49,249 nt of DNA from Anaerolineae bacterium. GTDB taxonomy: Bacteria; Chloroflexota; Anaerolineae; J102. This document shows, one piece after another, positions 37,471 through 46,104 of the stretch. The number at the start of each line of letters is the position of its first letter. Position 1 is the stretch's first letter. Location: positions 1-49,249 of the forward strand of contig JALWZT010000233.1 of NCBI GenBank assembly GCA_027002405.1. The letters run 5' to 3'. Below the pieces are notes generated by a model, which was not told where the DNA came from, searched no databases, and worked only from the letters and a program-made list of their open reading frames with translations. Made by a program: the position numbers and the translations under genes.

Positions 37471-38235
37471 ATGCATGCATCCACCAAAACAGTACTGGTG
37501 ACCGGAGGTGCCAGTGGCATTGGGCTGGCTATTGCCACCCGATTTGCCCGGGAAGGTTATTCCCTGGTCATTGGTGACATCAATCAACGTGATGGCGAAC
37601 GGGTCGCCCGGGACCTGCACGCGATCTTTGTGCATGGGGACTTGGCCCAACGAGCGGCATGCCGCCGCTTGGTCGATGTGGCTGTCGAAACTTATGGTCA
37701 TGTGGATATTTTGGTTAACGTAGCTGGTTTTCAGCATATTGATCCCATTGATGTGTTTCCCGAAGATGTTTGGGACAAGATGCTGGCCGTGATGCTCACC
37801 GCGCCTTTTCTCCTGACTCGTTATGTCTGGCCAGGGATGCGGGCTCGCGGTTGGGGACGCATTGTCAATATCGCGTCCATTCATGGCCTGGTGGCTTCGC
37901 CCTACAAGAGCGGGTATATTTCCGCCAAACATGGCCTCATTGGCCTCACACGCACCGCCGCGTTGGAAGGGGGGCCTTTTGGAATCACGGTAAACGCCAT
38001 TGCCCCAGCCTATGTGCGCACACCTTTGGTGGAACGCCAGATTGCCGATCAAGCGCGCACCCGGGGGCTTTCTGAAGAAGAAGTCATCGAAAAAGTGATG
38101 CTGGAACCCGCAGCCATCAAGCGTTTGATCGAACCGGAAGAGGTCGCGGCCATGGTGTGGTATCTCTGCTCGGAAGAGGCCCGCAATATCACCGGGTCTG
38201 TTTTCACGTTGGATGCCGGCTGGACCGCGCGATAA
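37471..38235 (+). CDS. 3-hydroxybutyrate dehydrogenase (SDR)
   Basis: [40 protein letters not shown]. Confidence 0.9.
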   Translation: MHASTKTVLVTGGASGIGLAIATRFAREGYSLVIGDINQRDGERVARDLHAIFVHGDLAQRAACRRLVDVAVETYGHVDILVNVAGFQHIDPIDVFPEDVWDKMLAVMLTAPFLLTRYVWPGMRARGWGRIVNIASIHGLVASPYKSGYISAKHGLIGLTRTAALEGGPFGITVNAIAPAYVRTPLVERQIADQARTRGLSEEEVIEKVMLEPAAIKRLIEPEEVAAMVWYLCSEEARNITGSVFTLDAGWTAR

Positions 38236-38271
38236 CGACTCTCACCTCCTTCTGGATAGTCAAAAATACCC

Positions 38272-38425
38272 GTAACTATACACGTACCCTCTCATAGCAA
38301 GGCAAAAACCACGAAGGACACGAAGGACACCAAGGTACAAAGGGAAAGATAAACATTTTCTTCGTGTCTTTGTGGCTTTGTGCCTTCGTGGTAAAAACGT
38401 CTTGCAGAAGGAGCTGTATAGTTAC
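38272..38425 (+). mobile_element. 154-bp MITE with TIR GTAACTATACA and 8-bp target duplication AAATACCC (copy 2)
   Basis: AAATACCC at 38264-38271 and 38426-38433; near-identical to 18247-18401. Confidence 0.9.
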
Positions 38426-38471
38426 AAATACCCCATGCTTTTACCCGACAAAGGTAGGAACGGAGGCTATC

Positions 38472-39413
38472 GTGGAATATCGAAACATGGGCCGTACAGG
38501 CCTGAAGCTTAGTGAAATCTCCTTGGGTGGATGGCTTACCTTTGGTAACGCGGTCGAAGATGATGTCGCCTTTCGCATCCTCGATGTCGCCATCGATCAC
38601 GGTGTGAATTTTATCGACCTGGCCGATATTTACGCCCGAGGCAACGCAGAACGCGTGGTGGGACGCTGGCTAAAAGGGAAAAAACGCAGCGATCTGGTGA
38701 TTTCCAGCAAGGTCTATTGGCCCATGAGCGACAATATCAATGACCGGGGGCTCAGTCGTAAGCATATTATGGAATCGGTGGAGGGGAGTTTGCGCCGTCT
38801 GGGGACCGATTATCTGGATATCTATTTCTGCCATCGGTACGATGAAGAAACACCCCTGGAAGAGGTGGTGCGGGCCATGACCGACCTGGTCAGCCAGGGA
38901 AAAATCCTCTATTGGGGGACCAGTGTGTGGGAAGCGGACCGCATTGAAGATGCCGTGGCTATCGCTCGAGAATGGTTGGGGTATCAGCCTTTTGTGGAGC
39001 AGCCCCGCTACAACATGCTGGACCGCCACATCGAGGATGCCATCATGCCCATGTGCGCGGAAAAGGGCCTGGGCATCGTAGTATGGAGCCCTTTGGCCCA
39101 GGGTGTGCTCACCACGAAATATCTAGACGGCATCCCCAAGCGCGCCCGGGTCCACTATTCGCAATGGATCAAGCAGGACCTGACGCCCAAAAACCTGGAA
39201 CGGGTGCGGAAGCTCACAGCCCTGGCCGGAGACCTGGGGCTCACCATGGCGCAACTGGCTCTGGCCTGGATTCTGCGTCGGCCGGCGATCTCCAGCGTGA
39301 TCACCGGAGCCAGCCGGCCGGAACAGATAGAGGAAAATGTTCAGGCCAGCGGCGTCAGCCTCCCTCAAGAGGCTCTGGATGAGATTGAGAGGATTCTGGG
39401 GGAGCGCTCGTGA
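38472..39413 (+). CDS. Aldo/keto reductase (Kv-beta-like family)
   Basis: [44 protein letters not shown]; GTG start after GGAGG. Confidence 0.93.
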   Translation: MEYRNMGRTGLKLSEISLGGWLTFGNAVEDDVAFRILDVAIDHGVNFIDLADIYARGNAERVVGRWLKGKKRSDLVISSKVYWPMSDNINDRGLSRKHIMESVEGSLRRLGTDYLDIYFCHRYDEETPLEEVVRAMTDLVSQGKILYWGTSVWEADRIEDAVAIAREWLGYQPFVEQPRYNMLDRHIEDAIMPMCAEKGLGIVVWSPLAQGVLTTKYLDGIPKRARVHYSQWIKQDLTPKNLERVRKLTALAGDLGLTMAQLALAWILRRPAISSVITGASRPEQIEENVQASGVSLPQEALDEIERILGERS

Positions 39414-39762
39414 GGCTTCGGTAGAAACAGGTCATGGCGCCCGTGTGGCAGGCCGGGCCATGGGGACGCACCAGGACCAGCAAGGCGTCCCCATCACAAT
39501 CCAGATGGATGGAGACCACATCCTGGTAATGGCCGCTGGTTTCGCCTTTGTGCCACAGGCGCTGGCGGCTCCGGCTCCAGAAAACGGTTTGGCCTAACTG
39601 AAGGGTGCGGGCCAGGGCTTCCTGATTCATATAGGCCAGGGTCAGGACCTGGCCCGTATCCACATCCTGCACGATCGCGGGGATGAGAGGGGATTTGTTG
39701 AAATCAACATCTTCGACGCGGGCGATACCGGTCACCCAGCGGGTGGGATCAAAGGCTGGCAT
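39355..39762 (-). CDS. hisI: Phosphoribosyl-AMP cyclohydrolase
   Basis: [40 protein letters not shown]. Confidence 0.95.
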   Translation of the reverse strand: MPAFDPTRWVTGIARVEDVDFNKSPLIPAIVQDVDTGQVLTLAYMNQEALARTLQLGQTVFWSRSRQRLWHKGETSGHYQDVVSIHLDCDGDALLVLVRPHGPACHTGAMTCFYRSLTSAPPESSQSHPEPLEGG

Positions 39763-39893
39763 GGGGATAACCTATGACAGGGGAGCGTGTGGGGGGTGGT
39801 GTTTTTGCCAAATGACATGCTTTTGGGTACGATTAACCAGTTTGAACGTTGTCATTATCGTTATCTCTCGCCAAAAGGACAACTTCCGGGATC

Positions 39894-42380
39894 ATGTTTT
39901 TCAAAAGCTATATTCCTGAACAAGAACGCGTCGAGGCCAATCGTAAGCTGCCCAAACTGTTGGTAGAAGGCCTGCTGTTGGGTGGCACGGGCCTGGGCGT
40001 CTTTGCCTTGATTTTTGAGATCGCGGCGGATGCCTTCAGTGTTGCGGCCTATCAGACCCTGTTGGCTATCCATGGTGCAGCGGGGTATCATATGATCGCG
40101 ATCTGGGCGTTCGTGGTGCTTTCGGTGCTGCTCTATTTTGGCATCGTGCCCGCGTACAAAGCGGGGAGCTATTTGCGGCCCAATGCCGGGGGCAGTGGTC
40201 CCATGGTGGAGGCCATCGGCCCTGGCTGGCTACGATGGCTTTCCTGGGTGGGGACCAGCCTCTTCTTTGTGGACGCGGTGCTCACCATCATTATCAGCTC
40301 CATCTCGGCCGCGGATGTGACCATGTTGGTCATGCCCGAGCTGGCACCGTATCGGATTCTGTTGGCGGAGTTTTTCGCCTTTTTCATTATGGTGGTGCTG
40401 GTGCTGATGGGGCCCAAGCGGGCCGTTCCCCTTTTCCTGATCGGTGGCGGGGCCTTTACCCTTTTCACTTTGGGTGCCCTCACCCTGGTGGGGGTCGAAG
40501 CGTTGATTCATCCCGAATGGGCCTTTCTTACCGATGGCATTATCCGGCGTCTTCAGGCCGCCAATGTGGTGGAGCATGTGGTGCGCGCCCAGCAGGATAT
40601 GGTCGCGCTGGGAACGGTCATCATCTTGCAACTCTTTTTCCGGTCCATGTCCAGCGCCATGCTGGGTTTTTCGGGTTACGAGGTGATCCCGGCCAGCGGT
40701 AAACATGCGGCCCGCCCCAAATGGAAAGTCATCAGTGTGGCTCTGACGCTGGCCGCCCTTTTCCTCATTGGTACGGGGGTGGCCCAACTTTACGCGGCCA
40801 ATCGCTGGCAGATCCCTGCCACCGAAGGTTACAGTACCCTTCTCATCGAATATGAGATTGTGGCGACCCAGGCCATGAGCCCAGGGGTGGACCCCACACA
40901 GATTCAGGTCACCAAGGCCGATGAACTGGCGGCCGAGGCCATCTATGCCGAAGAGGCCCTGGCCAACCCCTTTGAAGGGATTTTGGGAGGGAGAATCCGT
41001 CCGCCCCAGCCTCCGCCCCCGGATCACGAACAATTCATCAAAGATGTTTCCTATGACATCGCGGTCTCCCGGGCCATCACCCAGACCCTGGCCGGGAGCG
41101 TGGGCGCCACGTTCCTTTTTGTGGCGGGGACTTTGATGGCCATCATCCTGCTCTTGGCCCAGGGGGGCGGTTATGTAGGCGGCGCGGCCGTGGCTGCCAA
41201 TGCCGCGCGGCTGGGCCGTCTGCCGGGCTTTTTGCTGGATGACCGCATCGGCATCGCGATCATCTGGGGGGTCTCTGCCGTCCTCATTCCCATCATCAAG
41301 CAAGTGGTCGTGGTAGAAAGCTACTATGCCTTCGGCTTTGTCAGCGCGTTTATCATCACCAGTACCGCGGTATTTTTTGTGCGGAATGATGTGCTGGAAA
41401 AGAAAGGCATCCGGCCCGGTTCGGCCGAGGCCCGCACCCTGCGCTTTGCCGGGGCCCGAGGGATGTTTGCCAGCTACCTGATGGGCGCGGTCTTGGTGGT
41501 GGAAAAGACCCACGCCCTCTATGCAGTGGCACTCGCGGGCGCGGCGATCACCGTGTTCCAAATCCTGGTGGCCAATGGAGGATTTAAGAAACAGGATGTG
41601 CGCAAACTCATCGATGTGATTGTTTCTCAGACGGATCGCTTCAAACCCCATTCAGGCATCGAACGGGCTATCGAACAGGCACGCCAGCGAGGCATTGCCG
41701 ACGCCCTGGAAGACCTCCATCATGAAGGGCGTCTGGTCAAATTCAATGTGGACTTTTGGCGGGTGCAAAGGCTGGTGGCTTATCTCTATAACCTGGATCC
41801 GAAGGTTTTCGATAAAGGGGAACATGAGGACGAACGGATTGAGGAACCCAATCTCATCCTGGCCGAAGCGTATGAACGAGCTTATGCCCAAAAGGAACAG
41901 ATTCTAAAACGGATCGAACGATACTCCCACTTTGGGATTTTCATGTTCATCCATAATTACCATGTCAACTGGATCGCTCCCGAAACGGGCCGCTCCGCGG
42001 AAACGGTCCAGCAGGCCATGATTCACATCCTCTTCCCCCTGACCCCGCCCGAAGAAATCTGGGCCGAATATCAGGCTTTTAAGCCGGTTCGCCAGCCCGA
42101 GGAGATATGGCAATTCAGCCGACAACGCTATTTATGGGCAAAGGATCAATGGCCCAACCTGTCGGACCGCATTACCACCATCTGGACCTTGCAGGATTTT
42201 GGTCTTTTGCCTAAGGATATTTCTTTTGATATGGTGGTTACCGTGGCCAATGGGAAAGAATTTCGGCGGATTCATGTGCATGCCACCGCTCCTAGAGGAG
42301 AACAAAGGACCATGGTGGAAAGGGATGAGGCCTCGCCCTCGGGAGAAGAAGATCTCCCATTCTCAGAGGAGTCGTCATGA
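39894..42380 (+). CDS. APC-superfamily-like multi-pass membrane protein with a large soluble C-terminal domain
   Basis: About 12 hydrophobic segments; SLFFVDAVLTIIISSIS, GFSGYEVI and YAFGFV resemble amino-acid permease motifs; about 270-aa hydrophilic tail. Confidence 0.7.
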   Translation: MFFKSYIPEQERVEANRKLPKLLVEGLLLGGTGLGVFALIFEIAADAFSVAAYQTLLAIHGAAGYHMIAIWAFVVLSVLLYFGIVPAYKAGSYLRPNAGGSGPMVEAIGPGWLRWLSWVGTSLFFVDAVLTIIISSISAADVTMLVMPELAPYRILLAEFFAFFIMVVLVLMGPKRAVPLFLIGGGAFTLFTLGALTLVGVEALIHPEWAFLTDGIIRRLQAANVVEHVVRAQQDMVALGTVIILQLFFRSMSSAMLGFSGYEVIPASGKHAARPKWKVISVALTLAALFLIGTGVAQLYAANRWQIPATEGYSTLLIEYEIVATQAMSPGVDPTQIQVTKADELAAEAIYAEEALANPFEGILGGRIRPPQPPPPDHEQFIKDVSYDIAVSRAITQTLAGSVGATFLFVAGTLMAIILLLAQGGGYVGGAAVAANAARLGRLPGFLLDDRIGIAIIWGVSAVLIPIIKQVVVVESYYAFGFVSAFIITSTAVFFVRNDVLEKKGIRPGSAEARTLRFAGARGMFASYLMGAVLVVEKTHALYAVALAGAAITVFQILVANGGFKKQDVRKLIDVIVSQTDRFKPHSGIERAIEQARQRGIADALEDLHHEGRLVKFNVDFWRVQRLVAYLYNLDPKVFDKGEHEDERIEEPNLILAEAYERAYAQKEQILKRIERYSHFGIFMFIHNYHVNWIAPETGRSAETVQQAMIHILFPLTPPEEIWAEYQAFKPVRQPEEIWQFSRQRYLWAKDQWPNLSDRITTIWTLQDFGLLPKDISFDMVVTVANGKEFRRIHVHATAPRGEQRTMVERDEASPSGEEDLPFSEESS

Positions 42381-42861
42381 GCGATGGCTCACCGCATAAC
42401 GATGAAAATAGGACGCAGGTTGCAGGTTTGCAAGTGGCAAGTGGCTGGTGGTCACGGTGTGCGTCTCAGACATTTGGCGTGGTTTAGCCGAGCGAAGTGG
42501 CGTCCACCACGCCCGCCCGGCGATGAAGTCGCCGGGCTATAAAACGGCGCCGGATGAATCCGGCTAGCCCCGCAACTGATTACTGATGACTGATCACTGA
42601 TGACTCGTGCTCGCGCCTGACCTCGGCCTAACAATCCTCAATCCTAATCCTGATCCTATTTACGGAACAGTCACCATGAGCGAGAGCTCACCACATAACG
42701 ATGAAAATAGGGACGCAGATGTTCGTCATGCTGAGCGACCGAAGGGAGCGAAGCATCTAGCGAGCGAAGCGAGCGCCATGCCGTGGTTTTTGCGCTTCGC
42801 TAGATTCCTCGGTCGCTTCGCTCCCTCGGAATGACGTCGCGAGGCTCTATTTACGGAACAG
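42372..42861 (+). mobile_element. Tandem cassette array (42372-42670 and 42671-42861)
   Basis: A-end overlaps the upstream stop codon; CTATTTACGGAACAG ends at 42670 and 42861. Confidence 0.87.
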
Positions 42862-42871
42862 ACCGATTTCC

Positions 42872-44152
42872 ATGACTTCCCAGCAAGCGCATGATGTCGT
42901 GGGATGGCTGAAGACCCCCGAAGCCACCCTGGATCAATGCATCAAATGCAATATCTGTGTCAGCTACTGCCCGGTAGCCCAGGTCACCGATCTTTTCCCG
43001 GGCCCTAAGTATGCTGGACCTCAGGCCCAACGTTTTCGCGCGGATGGACAACCTTCCCCTGATTGGTCGGTGGACTATTGTTCGGGATGTCGGGTCTGTA
43101 ACGAGGTGTGCCCGAATGATGTCTCCATCATGGAGATGAACGCACGGGCCCGCGCGGCCCTGGTGGAAGAGCAGGGTATGCCTCTGCGCAACCGACTTCT
43201 GGGCCGCAACGAGCTTTTGGGGAAAATCGGCAGCCACGCGCCCCGCCTGGCCAATCTCGCCCTCCACAATCCCCTCAGTCGCCAGGCCGCGGATTGGTTT
43301 TTTGGCATTGCCAAAGAAGCCCCCCTGCCCCGCTGGAGCGAAACGGGCACGTTTCTGGATTGGTGGCAAGCTTATGCTCCTTATCGATTGCGCTCAGAAA
43401 AGAAGGTGGTGTACTTTTATGGCTGTGCCACCCAGCATTACGAGCCTTTCATTGGCATGGCCGCGGTGGCCGTGCTGGAGCACATGGGCTATGAGGTCCT
43501 GATCCCTCCCCAAAATTGCTGCGGCCTGCCCATGCTCAGCAACGGGGAATTCAAAGCAGCCGGCAAACTCTATGACCAAAACGTGGACAAGCTGGGACCC
43601 TATGCCCAACAGGGATACGACATCGTAGGAACCAGCACCAGTTGTACCCTGACGCTAAAAGAAGAAGCCCCTCATTTGCTGGACCGTAGGGACCCCCAGG
43701 CCCAAACGCTCTCTCATGCGGTGTGGGATATTTTCGAATGGATACGAGAGCATGAGGAGGAGCTCCCCAGGGATTTCGTGCCCATGGAAGGGGTGATTCC
43801 TTATCATCAACCCTGTCAATATCGAGCGCATCGGGTGGGAAGGCCCGCGGCCGACGTGCTGGCGATGATCCCCGGGGTAGAGGTACACGAAAGCCATGCC
43901 CGCTGCTGTGGCATCGCGGGGACGTATGGCTATAAAAAAGAAAAATACGACATTGCCATGGCGGTAGGCCAGGAATTATTTACCTTCATCCTGGAAGAGG
44001 AGGCGCATCATCACACTTCCTTCAATGCCTGCGATTCTGAAACCTGCCGTTGGCAGATCGAACACGGCTCCGGACAAGCCAGCCGACATCCTATCGAGGT
44101 CCTGGCCGCGGCCTATGGGCTTTATGATCTGGAGGCCAGGGTGTTGGTGTGA
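42872..44152 (+). CDS. glpC: Anaerobic glycerol-3-phosphate dehydrogenase subunit C
   Basis: CIKCNICVSYCP, FPGPK, CSGCRVCNEVCP, two CCG domains, CCGIAGTYGYKKE. Confidence 0.88.
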   Translation: MTSQQAHDVVGWLKTPEATLDQCIKCNICVSYCPVAQVTDLFPGPKYAGPQAQRFRADGQPSPDWSVDYCSGCRVCNEVCPNDVSIMEMNARARAALVEEQGMPLRNRLLGRNELLGKIGSHAPRLANLALHNPLSRQAADWFFGIAKEAPLPRWSETGTFLDWWQAYAPYRLRSEKKVVYFYGCATQHYEPFIGMAAVAVLEHMGYEVLIPPQNCCGLPMLSNGEFKAAGKLYDQNVDKLGPYAQQGYDIVGTSTSCTLTLKEEAPHLLDRRDPQAQTLSHAVWDIFEWIREHEEELPRDFVPMEGVIPYHQPCQYRAHRVGRPAADVLAMIPGVEVHESHARCCGIAGTYGYKKEKYDIAMAVGQELFTFILEEEAHHHTSFNACDSETCRWQIEHGSGQASRHPIEVLAAAYGLYDLEARVLV

Positions 44153-44167
44153 ACTGGGGTAAAGTAA

Positions 44168-45457
44168 TCAGTGTTCAGTTATCAGTGACACCGCGAACAT
44201 CTGCTCTCGCTCGGGTCCCACAGACACGTACGCGATGGGGGTGCCGGCCAGTTCGCTGATGCGTTGCAAGTAAGCCTGCGCGGCCGCAGGGAGGTCCTCC
44301 CACCTACGGACATGGCGGGTATCGGTCATCCAGCCGGGCATGGTTTCGTAGATGGGGTCTACCTGATAAAGCGCGGGGGTATCGGGCATACGGTCCGAAA
44401 TCACCTGGCCCGAAGGCAAACGGTACCCCACACAGATTTTCAATTCGGGGAAGGTATCCAGCACATCCAGCTTGGTCACCGCCAGGCCGGTCATACCGTT
44501 GAGCCAGGCCGCGTAACGGATGGCCACACCATCGAACCAACCGCAACGCCGGGGCCGGCCTGTGGTGGCGCCATATTCCCCGCCCTGTTCTCGTAATCGC
44601 TCCCCCAGCTCGTCATGAAGTTCGGTGGGAAAGGGCCCGGCCCCCACCGCGGTGCTGTAGGCTTTCACCACGCCGATCACCCGAGTGACCGAGCCCGCGG
44701 GCAGGCCCGCGCCCACAGGCGCGTAGGCCGCGGTAGGGTTGCTGCTGGTCACAAAAGGATAGATCCCCCAATCCAGGTCCCGCATGACCCCCAACTGTCC
44801 TTCCAGCAGGATCGACGCCCCCTGGGCCAGGGCCTGGCGCAGCATGGGCGTGGTATCGATGATGCGGTCGGCCAAAGCCTCGCGAAAAGTCATAAGCTGC
44901 TCGTACAAGACCTGGCCATCCACCGGCTCGCCCCCAAAAAGCTGCAACTTGCGATTCACCGTGCGCAATGCATGGTCCAGCCGCGCCTCCAACCAGTCGG
45001 GATAAAGCAGGTCGCCCATACGCAATCCCGAGCGCGCGGCCTTATCGGCATAAGCCGGGCCAATGCCCCGTTTGGTGGTCCCGATGCTATCCCGGCCTCG
45101 GACTTGTTCTTCCAACGCGTCCAGCCGGCGATGATAGGGCATCACCATCTGCGCCCGGGCACTGATCCACAGGCGGTCCAAACTGACGCCCGCGGCCTGC
45201 AATTGGGCCATCTCGTCCAGCAAAGCCGCGGGGTTCACCACGCAGCCTGTGCCAATGATGTTGTGGGTGGATGGATTGAAGATGCCGCTGGGAATAAGGT
45301 GCAAGGCATGCTTGCCGAATCGATTGATCACGGTATGACCGGCGTTATCCCCGCCCTGAAAACGGATGACCACATCCGCTTTTTGAGCCAGATAATCGAT
45401 CACACGGCCTTTTCCTTCATCGCCCCATTGGGCGCCGACAATGGCGGTAACGGACAT
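44168..45457 (-). CDS. purA: Adenylosuccinate synthetase
   Basis: [49 protein letters not shown]. Confidence 0.97.
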   Translation of the reverse strand: MSVTAIVGAQWGDEGKGRVIDYLAQKADVVIRFQGGDNAGHTVINRFGKHALHLIPSGIFNPSTHNIIGTGCVVNPAALLDEMAQLQAAGVSLDRLWISARAQMVMPYHRRLDALEEQVRGRDSIGTTKRGIGPAYADKAARSGLRMGDLLYPDWLEARLDHALRTVNRKLQLFGGEPVDGQVLYEQLMTFREALADRIIDTTPMLRQALAQGASILLEGQLGVMRDLDWGIYPFVTSSNPTAAYAPVGAGLPAGSVTRVIGVVKAYSTAVGAGPFPTELHDELGERLREQGGEYGATTGRPRRCGWFDGVAIRYAAWLNGMTGLAVTKLDVLDTFPELKICVGYRLPSGQVISDRMPDTPALYQVDPIYETMPGWMTDTRHVRRWEDLPAAAQAYLQRISELAGTPIAYVSVGPEREQMFAVSLITEH

Positions 45458-45484
45458 AAGGGGAAACCTCGGGAATGGTATAAT

Positions 45485-45605
45485 GTGCCGGAAATAGGAT
45501 TAGGATTAGGATTGAGGATTGTCAGGCCCGCGGTGAGCAGTAAGCAGTGTTCAGTGTTCAGTGTTCAGTGTTCAGTAATGTGTGGTGAGCCATCGCTCAT
45601 GGCGA
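45485..45605 (-). mobile_element. Short cassette unit (reverse) with hexamer and heptamer cargo
   Basis: CCGGAAATAGG, AGGATT hexamers, CAGTGTT heptamers, then GTGAGCCATCGCTCATGGCGA|CTG. Confidence 0.75.
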
Positions 45606-45654
45606 CTGCGTCACCGGCGTTCCATTTTAACATACCTTATTCCCTGCAAGGATA

Positions 45655-46104
45655 ATGACTTCCATCCCTTCTGTCCTGTATCGCTTCTTGCTGGCCCACA
45701 ACACCCTCACCCTGGCCACCGTGGATGAATCAGGGCGGCCCCATGCCGCGGCCCTTTTCTACGCGGTGGCCGAAGACCTGCGTCTGGTCTTTTTCTCCCA
45801 TCCCCACACCCAGCACGCCCGCCACATCGGCCAGGGGGCCTGGGTGGCGCTGACCATCCAGGATGATGGGCAATCCTGGCAGGCCATCACTGGGGTGCAG
45901 ATCCATGGCTTTGCCCGGCCCGGCGGCCCCGATGCCAGGGGCCTCTACCTGGCTCGCTTCCCTTTCATTGCTCGGGCCGAGGTGCTGACTCAAGCCGTGA
46001 CGCGGGCCCGGGTCTACGAAATCCTCCCCACCTGGGCCCGGCTGATCGACAACCGCCTGGGGTTTGGACATAAGCAGGAATGGCGCTTTCAGATCACCTT
46101 GTAA
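45655..46104 (+). CDS. Pyridoxamine 5'-phosphate oxidase-like FMN-binding protein (YhbP-like)
   Basis: TLTLAT...PHAAALFY...TQHARHI...GVQIHG...LIDNRLGFGHK. Confidence 0.88.
   Translation: MTSIPSVLYRFLLAHNTLTLATVDESGRPHAAALFYAVAEDLRLVFFSHPHTQHARHIGQGAWVALTIQDDGQSWQAITGVQIHGFARPGGPDARGLYLARFPFIARAEVLTQAVTRARVYEILPTWARLIDNRLGFGHKQEWRFQITL

Noticed and set aside
39355-39413. Convergent 3' overlap of hisI and the aldo/keto reductase gene
   Set aside because: Short tail-to-tail overlaps are common; the hisI tail is probably a non-conserved extension.
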